Source of the DNA: Trypanosoma brucei
Taxonomy: Eukaryota
Direction of reading: 5' to 3'
DNA: 64,000 nt
Assembly (NCBI GenBank): GCA_000002445.1
Contig: CP000066.1
Span: 1,312,001 to 1,376,000 of the forward strand
The translations under genes and the position numbers were made by a program. Below, piece after piece: positions 9,695 through 18,990 of this stretch (the first letter of the stretch is position 1; each line of letters opens with the position of its first letter). The notes under the pieces are model-generated. The model did no database searches. It was not told the DNA's origin and saw only the letters and a program-made list of their open reading frames with translations.

Positions 9695-10993
9695 CTACGA
9701 ATCTTTTGTGTCTTTCTCAGCTTCTTCTGTGGTCCCTTCCGCGTCAATGCTGTTGGCATGCGGTACGTGTGAGGGGATGAATGTGAAAAATGGGTGCTGC
9801 AGCGCCTCCTCTGCTGTAAGCCGATGTTGCGGTTCGTAGGCCAGGAGACGGACAAGGAGATCTACGCCATTCTCACCAATGATATCCAACGCCTTATGCC
9901 TAATGAAGTACCTGGTTAAGTTTATCCTTGCCAAGTCGCTTGTATTGCCACATTGTACCCGACTATATTTCTTTTGCAGATCCTCAAGAAAACTACTCAG
10001 CGCAGGCGCGTGCTTTCCATAGTGTGCGTATAGATTCATGCTGGGAAAGGTAGAAGATGTGGGTGGGCCTAAGCGGCTAAATATGCACATCAGCTGTTCC
10101 ACCTCACTACGCCCACGAAAGAGCGTGCTGCCGCTTGCAGCTTCAGCAACGATGCAAGCCACACTCCACATATCCGCAGTGAAGCGGTAATTTATGTTTC
10201 CCAGAATAACATCGGGGCTGCGATACCATAACGTAATAGCTTCATGTTGGTATTTTTTAACGGGAATTCCATCCATACGGCTAAGACCAAAGTCTGTTAC
10301 CTTTAGGATGTACGATGGTGTTGGGGTTTCCTCTTTCCCATCGCTACTAGGCCCCTCATTACCTTGTTGTCTCGACCCTTTTCGTACACTCTTTAGTAGA
10401 ATATTCTGCGGTTTCAGATCCCTATGAGAAATTTCTTTTCGGTGAAGATAGCACACACCCCGCAGTAAATCCCTCATCATTTGGCGATATATTTTTGGAT
10501 CAGTGAAGTGGCGACCCGGTTGGCGCTTCAAATATGACGCTAAATCTCCCCCATCACAGAATTCGGTGATTATATATACACAATTCCTATCGACAACAAC
10601 ATCGTACAACTTGACGAGGTTACTTCCACCGACCAGAGCGACCTCATCATCACCAGGTGGATCCTCGAGTGACCGACTAATCTCTTTGAGAACCATCACC
10701 TCCCGGAGCGCAGATGCGGGCAACCCTTCCTTGTCATCACCACAACGTGTCCGCTTTAAAGCAACCACATCTCCACCACCGTCTTCCTCTTCCTTCTCAT
10801 GCCGCGTTGAATCGTTCCCGTTGGGCTTTACTTCTCGATCCTTATTTGCTTGTGTGCTACGTGTTGCTTTAAACACGTCACCGTACATCCCACTACCAAG
10901 AAAGTCTGTTCCCGTATGGAACGTGTAGTCGTGAACTCTTCTGAGTTTGCCACCAGCTACCGAACGATCAGCGTCTGTCATTTTATGTATCAA
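9695..10993 (-). CDS. cdc2-related / cyclin-dependent kinase family protein kinase with N-lobe and activation-segment inserts
   Basis: 432-aa ORF. Kinase motifs: GSGMYGDVF, VALKRTR, a PSTAIRE-like helix ALREVMVLKEI, HRDLKPQNILL, DFGLSR, WYRSPDVILG (CDK WYRAPEILLG), DMWSVACIVAEA and SEVEQLMCIFSRLGPP (CDK SEIDQLFRIFRTLGTP). Confidence 0.75.
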   Translation of the reverse strand: MIHKMTDADRSVAGGKLRRVHDYTFHTGTDFLGSGMYGDVFKATRSTQANKDREVKPNGNDSTRHEKEEEDGGGDVVALKRTRCGDDKEGLPASALREVMVLKEISRSLEDPPGDDEVALVGGSNLVKLYDVVVDRNCVYIITEFCDGGDLASYLKRQPGRHFTDPKIYRQMMRDLLRGVCYLHRKEISHRDLKPQNILLKSVRKGSRQQGNEGPSSDGKEETPTPSYILKVTDFGLSRMDGIPVKKYQHEAITLWYRSPDVILGNINYRFTADMWSVACIVAEAASGSTLFRGRSEVEQLMCIFSRLGPPTSSTFPSMNLYAHYGKHAPALSSFLEDLQKKYSRVQCGNTSDLARINLTRYFIRHKALDIIGENGVDLLVRLLAYEPQHRLTAEEALQHPFFTFIPSHVPHANSIDAEGTTEEAEKDTKDS

Positions 10994-11886
10994 GTGAAGC
11001 CACGAAACAAAGTGGGAATACCTGTGGTAAAAAACTGCAGTGAAGTGAAATGTTTAATAGATATATATTGTGCGTGTACGGAAGGAAGTGCCCGTTGTTG
11101 AAACCTGCTTGCACTACCTTTATATAGAGAAGATATGCATACGCATAAGAAGAGCAATAACACGAAGCCGTCTACCAATGCACAGATGTGAAGAAAAGAG
11201 GAAGAGCTGCAGAAGAGGGGGAAATGGATAAAGGCGATGGTCGGAGTAATGAGAACCACCGTCGTAGCCGTCCTGGTCCACCGTGGAAGGCGGTTGAGCC
11301 AACAGCAGGAATGCCATCCTTTGTTAACACTATTTTAGCGCCAATAACCACGCAAGGGGCGATATAAAAGCAAGGTAGTGGAAATGACTACTAAAGCACG
11401 ACGAGAATAAATCGAAAAAAAATATTCCCGTACGGCTTCAAAAATAAAAAAAGATGCTACCACGACTCTTCAACACAGAAACCTTGCGTAAAACCCTTCC
11501 ACTTCTCTCATACTCTTCATAAGCAGTTCAACTCTTTTGCACATTTCTTCAGTGTTTATCTCATTTTATTTATTTTTCCACAAATTCTTCTCCTTCCCTC
11601 ACTTTTCCCCCTTTTTCTTCGGTTTATTTCCCACACACACACAGACTTCTACTTTTTGTTTACTCGCGGGTGTATTCTCCTCCCCTCCATTGCATTCCTT
11701 CACGGGCGCAAAATGCGCTGCATCATTAAACCACAACGACCAAGATGTGCAACGGATGGGGAAGCTAAGTGCAAGCGCAAGTAAACAAACGTATGCGGAC
11801 TGACGAAGAGGATAGCAGGCAAGGAAGGCAAGTCCAAAACAAAAGAATTGCAATAGCAAAACAAACGTACAAAATGAAGCAGTTGC

Positions 11887-11916
11887 ATATACATATATAT
11901 ATATATATATATACGT
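11887..11916. repeat. (AT)n microsatellite
   Basis: atatacatatatatatatatatatatatac. Confidence 0.9.
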
Positions 11917-11975
11917 ATATGAGTGTATACATAACCTTGTATATACGTACGCGTCTCCTCTTTGAAACCTTTCAA

Positions 11976-13313
11976 CTACCTATCCTCGTTGGAAGCAGTG
12001 CTTTTCATACACTCAAAGTCAAACGGCTTCCCATGGATGCGTTTGAAGAGGTCGAGAATGTTACCGGCGGCGCTCTCAAAGTGTGTTGCAGGATCAAAAC
12101 TGTTGCTGATGAAACACTTGCTCGCCGTACCGTCATCGAGGGGTTCATAGAGGTCTGACACTGAAACAAATGTCTCGATGGTGCTACCAATGACCTTTAA
12201 GCCAGGTTGAATGTCCATCATGGGGTCCGCCACATTCTCCACAGTTGTGCCGATGATGGCTATATAGTAACCTGGGGGGCACACCTTGTTGTTAGCACCA
12301 AGTTGCAGTATGTACACGTCATTCTTGCGCTTCAGCTCCTTTTGTGGAATGATAATTTGGCACGAAGCGCACTCTGGTTTCAGGTTTGGGATCGGGTGAT
12401 TCATAATGGCTATGCACCGAACTACTTTGCCCGACACCTTCACTCGATCAGGGAAGTAGGAGGGATCACCAACCACAAGCTTGGCGAATGCCTTTTTCCC
12501 CTCGCTTTCAATGGACTCAAAGACGCCCGCCTCGTTAAAGTTCACCTTTGTGACGGGTGTTTGAAGCATGTAGGTCCCACCGTAAACAGCGCAAAGACGA
12601 GAGAATGCCTGAGGCAACTCACCGTTCCCATACAGGGGGTAAACATATGGCGACTGGTTATACATGTTGAAGGACTCTTCGTACAGCTTGCAGCGCATGA
12701 CAGTTTCGATTGCTGGACGCTGAAGGTAGTCATCGTTCGTGTGCAGGGCAACGGCGTGGCCAACGAAGTCAATAGTATCGTTTCCAATACCGAATTCTTT
12801 GTATAGATCCGCCATGGTCATTGTGCGAAGGTTATGTCCCTTGTGTGTTTTTGGAACATTCGGGTCGTAGGCACCAATAAACTCAAACAACTTCGCCCCT
12901 CTCCGCTTTTCGAAGAACCCCATCAAAGGAGAGACTAGCGCCTCCGCCTCCGTTGCCGGAACCTTTGATATCTTCCCGTTTTTCATAACGAAGGAGTTGT
13001 CAATGAGCATAAACTCCATATTATACCTCTCAATTACGGTAGCCCGGAGGATCTTCACGAGTTCGCCAGCGCACATGAGCACCTTTGGAATGAGGTCCAC
13101 ACTGTACAGGTGACTGCGGCCTAATGCCTCAGGGGGCGTGCCCTTGCCAAACTTTTTATACAACTGCTCAAGGTTGAGGCTAGCAGCCTCGCCACCATAG
13201 TATGAGTTACGGTCGACGTGCAGCACCTTGTAGCCATTTACCGACAAGAGGCCGCTGAGAACACACTCCGTCAACCCTGTGCCGCACACAATTGCATCGT
13301 ACGTTTCCTCCAT
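11976..13313 (-). CDS. GDI: Rab GDP-dissociation inhibitor (GDI)
   Basis: 445-aa ORF. MEETYDAIVCGTGLTECVLSGLLSVNGYKVLHVDRNSYYGGEAASLNLEQLYKKF is near-identical in pattern to the metazoan RabGDI N-terminus ([43 protein letters not shown]). Typical GDI length. Confidence 0.9.
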   Translation of the reverse strand: MEETYDAIVCGTGLTECVLSGLLSVNGYKVLHVDRNSYYGGEAASLNLEQLYKKFGKGTPPEALGRSHLYSVDLIPKVLMCAGELVKILRATVIERYNMEFMLIDNSFVMKNGKISKVPATEAEALVSPLMGFFEKRRGAKLFEFIGAYDPNVPKTHKGHNLRTMTMADLYKEFGIGNDTIDFVGHAVALHTNDDYLQRPAIETVMRCKLYEESFNMYNQSPYVYPLYGNGELPQAFSRLCAVYGGTYMLQTPVTKVNFNEAGVFESIESEGKKAFAKLVVGDPSYFPDRVKVSGKVVRCIAIMNHPIPNLKPECASCQIIIPQKELKRKNDVYILQLGANNKVCPPGYYIAIIGTTVENVADPMMDIQPGLKVIGSTIETFVSVSDLYEPLDDGTASKCFISNSFDPATHFESAAGNILDLFKRIHGKPFDFECMKSTASNEDR

Positions 13314-13945
13314 ATTTTTTTTCTCTGGATTCGCAGATTTCCCTCTTCACAACGCCAATACTAACAGAAATAATAATCACTGTGATTCCCCTTTCAACCC
13401 CGACACTCGCCTATTCTTTTTCTTTCTTTCTCTTCTTGGTGATGTAAACACAAGTTAGATGTGTTAAACTGCTTGTTTTGTTCATAAATTATAAAGATGA
13501 GTGAGGGAGGCATTTAGGTACCGAAAGGAAGACAGAGGGCCAACGGCATTCAGCCCATTATTTGGGGAAGATGGGTTCAAGTTATCAGAAGCCTGTGAAG
13601 ATTAGTGAGCTGGTGCATGGCGACTTTTATCAGCCGCATGATGCAACACAACAGAAAACAAAAATACACGGTAACTGAAGAACAACCACATCCTCAACAG
13701 CCCAACTTGGATACAGGCACACAACTTTGTCATGCACACCAACCGCATGCACCCACCAATGAAATAAAGCAAACTGCGAAGTCGCTTGGAATGGATCCAT
13801 CCGCTTGTATCAAATTCTCTGTAGTGCCACCAGCGCGCTCCGTGAGGGATCCACCGCAGCGACGACCTCAGCAAGTTAAAAAAAAAAAAGAGGATAATTC
13901 AGGAGGATACACGAGGAGGGGGGGGGCGGCGGACACCAGCACCCC

Positions 13946-15445
13946 CTAATGTTCCCCTGATTCCTTGTAGTGTCCACGCAAACTTCCTTTCACATTCCGC
14001 GAGGTTTCACTTGGAGTACAGAGCGGATTCATCCCTAACGCTTGCATATGAGCCCGCCCCATGACATGTTCCGTCATGCGAGACCACCCCACAAACACGT
14101 CGCAGGCATAGCAGTAGTTGAGCACGGGTGGGTTCAAAAGATCCTGTGCCTCGACATCATTCATGACTCTCTGCTTTACCAGTCGAAGGCGGTTAATTGC
14201 CTCGTCGCGGCGGTTGGCATTACGTCGTTCAATAATGTCTGCCACAACCTCCGATTCCTTGACGAAGCACGCGCCCCGATGGCTTAACAAACATTTAACG
14301 TCCACAAATTCCTTCATGGCCGATGTCATTATATCACCTGCGACCACAGGGTCGTCCCCACCCGGACAGAGGGCACCATAGCACTGTTGTAAAGCCATGG
14401 TGGTTGCCTCAAACGTCGAGACACCACTTTGCCTAGTCCTCTTACGCAGCGCTTTAAAGAGGGAAGCGTAGGATTCGTCGATACGCAGCGCTACGCGGGG
14501 GATATGACGTGGAATGTGGCGGTTGAGTGCGTTTGCCTGGCTCCACGTCGCGTCCATAAGTAATAAATGAACTCTGTGAGTGCTACCTATGTTCTTAACG
14601 AAATCTTCCAGAAGGAATGCATCCTTCTCGGGGTAGAGTGAAACAGTGTGGATGGCATCGTCGGAGGGGAAATCGTAGTTTCCTTCTTCCGTGCGTACGG
14701 CAGGCAAGTCATTCAGATAGGCATCATCCTCCGGAACACCCCAAATGCGTATCGGTGCACCTAAAATAAATGCGGCTATATGACCAGAGTTTGTCCCTCG
14801 CATAAACTCCTCCGGATGCAACACAATTGTGACTTCGACAGCGGAGTGCTGTCCGATTTCAAGCATCCGCTGTCTATATTGTTCCAGTCTGTTACAAAAA
14901 CATAGACTCTTTGAGAACCAACACCATAGGCAAACGTCTTTCCTCATCGCAGCCAACATTTGAGTTGATAAACGTCGCTTCACGGAGGCCTCATGGCGTT
15001 TCTCCAGCGGGAGGGATGCCACATACGCCCGCCACTCAGGACTTTCAGTTTCGTGGAAGAAAAGAGCCCCCGTCCCACTTCTCGGCGGAGAAACCGTAGC
15101 TCCCTCGCTATCATCATCACTCTGAAGGCCAACGTACTCAACTAGCCGGAGTAAACTCTCCTTGTACGGGTTAACCGCAATTTTCATCCCTGTAGACTCG
15201 TCGGTAGCCAAATGACAGCGCAGCGTCCAGCTTTTACGTGCCCTTTTTTGTTCCTTAATCGTTGCCCCAGTTACCGCACCTGCACTGAAGCACACTCGCA
15301 ATGCGGCGACAACACAGAGGCGAATCAAGAAGTAGTGGTAAGGAGATATAATGTATGGCACAAAAACTCTTTTGCCTTGATTGGTCTGGCAGATTTGACG
15401 TAGTAAACTGACCTCATGCGATGAATGCAAAACACCCATATTCAC
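13946..15445 (-). CDS. DTW-domain protein (tRNA-uridine aminocarboxypropyltransferase-like) with C-terminal C2H2 (U1/matrin-like) zinc finger
   Basis: 499-aa ORF. Cys cluster CLWCWFSKSLCFC (C-x2-C-x6-C-x-C) is followed downstream by HLLLMDATWSQANAL, which contains the D-x-T-W signature of DTW domains. The C-terminus NYCYACDVFVGWSRMTEHVMGRAH is a C-x2-C...H-x5-H U1/matrin-type zinc finger. The start may be an internal Met. Confidence 0.6.
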   Translation of the reverse strand: MNMGVLHSSHEVSLLRQICQTNQGKRVFVPYIISPYHYFLIRLCVVAALRVCFSAGAVTGATIKEQKRARKSWTLRCHLATDESTGMKIAVNPYKESLLRLVEYVGLQSDDDSEGATVSPPRSGTGALFFHETESPEWRAYVASLPLEKRHEASVKRRLSTQMLAAMRKDVCLWCWFSKSLCFCNRLEQYRQRMLEIGQHSAVEVTIVLHPEEFMRGTNSGHIAAFILGAPIRIWGVPEDDAYLNDLPAVRTEEGNYDFPSDDAIHTVSLYPEKDAFLLEDFVKNIGSTHRVHLLLMDATWSQANALNRHIPRHIPRVALRIDESYASLFKALRKRTRQSGVSTFEATTMALQQCYGALCPGGDDPVVAGDIMTSAMKEFVDVKCLLSHRGACFVKESEVVADIIERRNANRRDEAINRLRLVKQRVMNDVEAQDLLNPPVLNYCYACDVFVGWSRMTEHVMGRAHMQALGMNPLCTPSETSRNVKGSLRGHYKESGEH

Positions 15446-15585
15446 ACTCTATGAGTCTTAAACCACCGAGAAAGTCGACAGCACAATGTAACCTAATCAA
15501 CATTGTAACGAGTAGTGCAAATCTGTGAAGAGAAAGTAAAACTGCAAGCGAATAGCAGTAACCTTTACCGAAAACAAAAAATAAC

Positions 15586-16773
15586 TCAGGACTTCCCTTT
15601 TCCGTGGCATACGGGGCAGTCCTTTCCTTTTGTCCGCCTAGACTTGCTTAGTCGCGCAGCAAGTGTTGCCTCCCATTCATGACCACATGCCATGCATAGC
15701 CACCACAACTTTGTTTGATCCGTTGGCTCCACCTGACCGGGTTGCAAGTCACCATTTTTAAGGGGATGCCACTCCTGCAACAGCCCATTCTCATACTTGC
15801 TAAAGTCAGCATCGAGGTTCAACATCGAGCATGACGGACACTTCGCCTTGTCGGAGACCATGTCCTTGATTCGTGCCTTAAAGCTTGTGTTGCAGTTGGA
15901 GCAGCGCCAATAGGCGGATTTGTTGCTGCTCGCCGCAACTGTCTTTGGGTCCACACACGGATCATTGAGGGATTGATCCCAGAGCTGAACAAAACGTGCG
16001 GTCAGACGAGGATTTCGGATCTGCTCGCACTGAGGACACTTCGTTCGAAGACATGTACGCACAAATACGCCACTCTTCCACTTGAACCCACATTCCACGC
16101 ACTTCCACGACACCACTCGGGCGCTGTCTACTAAAACCTCACCAGCAGGCTCCTCATTCGTATCTTCATCGTATTCCGCCACCAAATCTGGAAAGCGGTC
16201 TTTTAAATATCTACTTTCCCCATCAGTGGGTGCAATCTCATCTACTCCGTCGGCGGCGGTTTCCCCTGCAGATGCGGCTACTTCATCATCTTCAGGTTCC
16301 TCAGCGGCATCATATTCATCTGCTACAACCGATTCAACCACCCGCCGGCGGCCTCGTGGTGAAATGCCATCCGCCCCGTTGAGGACATCGTCGGCTTCCA
16401 CCAATGGGAAACCTTCCTCCTCCTCTTCTTCCCATGGTTTTGCGCTGTCCCCTCTAATATCATCTGCATCGAACCCATCCCCTTTGTTCTCATCATTTCC
16501 CACTGCTTTCGATGCCGCCCCGCCTCGGCGGGTTTTGCGCTTACCTTCGACGGAGGTATTCCTCGTGCTTTCAGATCCCACCGCATCGGATTTCTTCTTC
16601 CGACGCTGCTGCTTAACCTCAGCTGCTCCCGCACCTGTTGTAGCGAAGCGTACAGATGTGAAAAGAACTATAGTTGCATGGGGACGAGTAACTACGCCTA
16701 CATTCATGACGCATCTTAGCGCTAAAGCGGGCCACATCACAAAACGCGGTTGGTGGAGGAGTTGTCTCAACAT
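15586..16773 (-). CDS. Hypothetical protein with tandem zinc-ribbon (W-x-C-x2-C ... C-P-x-C) repeats; mitochondrial-presequence-like N-terminus
   Basis: 395-aa ORF. N-terminus MLRQLLHQPRFVMWPALALRCVMNVG is Arg-rich and amphipathic. An acidic stretch (EEEEEEG, DDVLNGADG) follows. The C-terminal half holds about three repeats of W.C.eCGf.W...........CP.C (WKCVECGFKWKS...KCPQC; WRCSNCNTSFKA...KCPSC; WLCMACGHEWEA...DCPVC). Confidence 0.55.
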   Translation of the reverse strand: MLRQLLHQPRFVMWPALALRCVMNVGVVTRPHATIVLFTSVRFATTGAGAAEVKQQRRKKKSDAVGSESTRNTSVEGKRKTRRGGAASKAVGNDENKGDGFDADDIRGDSAKPWEEEEEEGFPLVEADDVLNGADGISPRGRRRVVESVVADEYDAAEEPEDDEVAASAGETAADGVDEIAPTDGESRYLKDRFPDLVAEYDEDTNEEPAGEVLVDSARVVSWKCVECGFKWKSGVFVRTCLRTKCPQCEQIRNPRLTARFVQLWDQSLNDPCVDPKTVAASSNKSAYWRCSNCNTSFKARIKDMVSDKAKCPSCSMLNLDADFSKYENGLLQEWHPLKNGDLQPGQVEPTDQTKLWWLCMACGHEWEATLAARLSKSRRTKGKDCPVCHGKGKS

Positions 16774-17018
16774 GTTGGGGGTAAACTAACTGCAATATGG
16801 CAGGCTTAACTGTTTAATGCAACCCCACTCATTTATTGAAACACCGGGGAACATCATGTGAGATCGCCACAAAACCCAGCCGTTGCACATATGTTACACA
16901 GTAAAAAGAAGGAAAAAAAAGGGTGAGGGAGGGAGAAAGTGGAGATATATGTGTCTTACTGTATGCAGAACCACGTGTGGAACTACTCGCCAACGCACAA
17001 TAGCAGTTCCGAGACGGC

Positions 17019-17023
<5 letters not shown>

Positions 17024-17049
<26 letters not shown>
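17024..17049. repeat. (TA)n microsatellite
   Basis: gtatatatatatatatatatatatatata. Confidence 0.9.
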
Positions 17050-18990
17050 AGGTTCACAGGTAGTGAAATCGATCTATCCCTCGTATCCTTCAGTGTGTTT
17101 GCGCACCTGATTCAAGAAAGGGAAGACAACAAATGAATACAAAAAAAAAAACAACACTCACTGCAGCGCTCATTATTGATATCAGGGTTGCTGTTGTTGT
17201 TGTTGTGTGTGCGTGTGTGTTTGAGTTTGTTAGGTTTCAACTGTTTCGCAGAAATATCATGACCATCCCATTACCTCACTTCTTATCTTTGGCTTTTTAT
17301 TTTCCTCCCTTCCCATTCGTTGAAAATAACCGCCATCCCTATTCTTTTTTCTTTTTTTTTTTTCCATTATGGTGTCACAACCCCCCTCCTCTTTTTTTCT
17401 CTCTACCATCCTCACGTACCTTTTTTACTCACCAAGACGCATAAACAAGAGCGGTAAAAGTAAGGTATTCACACATACGTTCCCCCCTTCTCTGTTCCCT
17501 CCTTCCTCATACACGCTAAGAAGTTTCTTGTGATAAATGTTATCACAACTTCAAAAGCAGAGCAATCAAAGATAATTAAAAAAAAAATGAGGATAAAGCC
17601 AAAAGAGGTAAAAAAAAAGTAATCACATCTCCAGGCTGTTCACGGTGGAAGCAGCCGAATCAACCACAACCACCATCCATATACATTTTTTTTTTTTACA
17701 GAAAAAAGAGGGGGAACTTGAAAATAGCAATAAACGTAGCGAAGTGAGACGAAATAAGAAAAAGGAAGAGTAACACGCAAAAAAGGCATTTAGAAAAAAA
17801 CAACAACAACAACAACAACGAAACAACAAAAAAGGGGAGGGGTGACCGGGTACAAACAGAAGCACATCACACATCAACACACATTTAAATATATAAACAT
17901 TTTTGAGACCGCACGCAGAAAGTTGGATAAAAAGAAGAAAAGGCTACAGTGGCAAGAAAAAGTAGGAAAATAATAAAGACGAAAATAGGGTGAGGGGGAG
18001 AAAACAATAATATAAACAATAATAACAATAATTATGATGATGATTGGTGCCATTTTTCTTTTTCACTGCTTTTTTCTTTTTTTTTTTTAAGTTTTTATTG
18101 TCTTTTCCTTGATCTACTGCCTCAAAATGCGCAACAAAAATTAAACTCTATGGATTTTTTTATATAATTTTATTCTCCTTTCTCCTTACGGAAAAATGCA
18201 TCACTTCATAAATGACAAATAGCAAAAAACAGAAATGCGAAAAAACAAAAAAAAAAACATGTCCAGCACATTCCCCTCCAAGTATTGCTTCTTTTTTTTT
18301 TTTTGTCCATCTGTTTGTATCCAGCATAATAATAGTAATAGTGGTAATAACAAAAATAATAATAACAAAACAATGAAGAAAATTTCTTTTTCACGCCCCG
18401 TTATTTTTGGTAAGCATTCACCTCTTCTTTTTTTTTTTTGGTCCTCCTGCACCCTTCATTCTTCATTTCTATCCCAAAATTTCTCAACATATAATTAGAA
18501 GCGGTCATTAAACTACCCATTCGCTCATTCATTCATTAAGGAAAAGGAAAAAAAAAAACAACATCAAAAATACCAAAAAGAGAAGGAGACGCACACCCGC
18601 GGAAACGCGTATATGAATATATAAATATATATTTATATACGGAAGGTAAAACAAAAACGAAGAAAGAAAAAAAAGAAAAAAAGAGAGATGAAGCGTTAGA
18701 AGGGGTTCAAGGAATAAAATAAGGTAGCAAAAAAGAAAAAAAAAGAAATCAAAACATATATTGGAAAAAAAAACAAGCAGAAAAGAAAACTTAGCCGTAT
18801 CAATCAAGTAACGCCCCCTAAGTGCACTTTGAAGAAAAAATTTCAGGAACATGGACAGGTACTTAGCTTTAAAGGAAGCAAAAAGAAAAAAAAAGGAAAT
18901 ATTGAAAGGTAAAATGCACATCACGACTTGTGTTGGTTCATGCGGGTGGAGTGGAACCTTGCAAACCGCGATAGATTTTCTTTTTTGTTT

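Noticed and set aside
16082-16789. 235-aa plus-strand ORF (Ser/Ala-rich)
   Set aside because: It lies fully antisense to the 395-aa minus-strand gene in a uniformly minus-strand PTU and has low-complexity composition. This is the typical shadow ORF of a GC-rich coding region. The same reasoning rejects 12207..12806(+), 10503..10928(+), 19598..19927(+), 50126..50488(+) and the plus-strand ORFs within both DLP/aminopeptidase copies.
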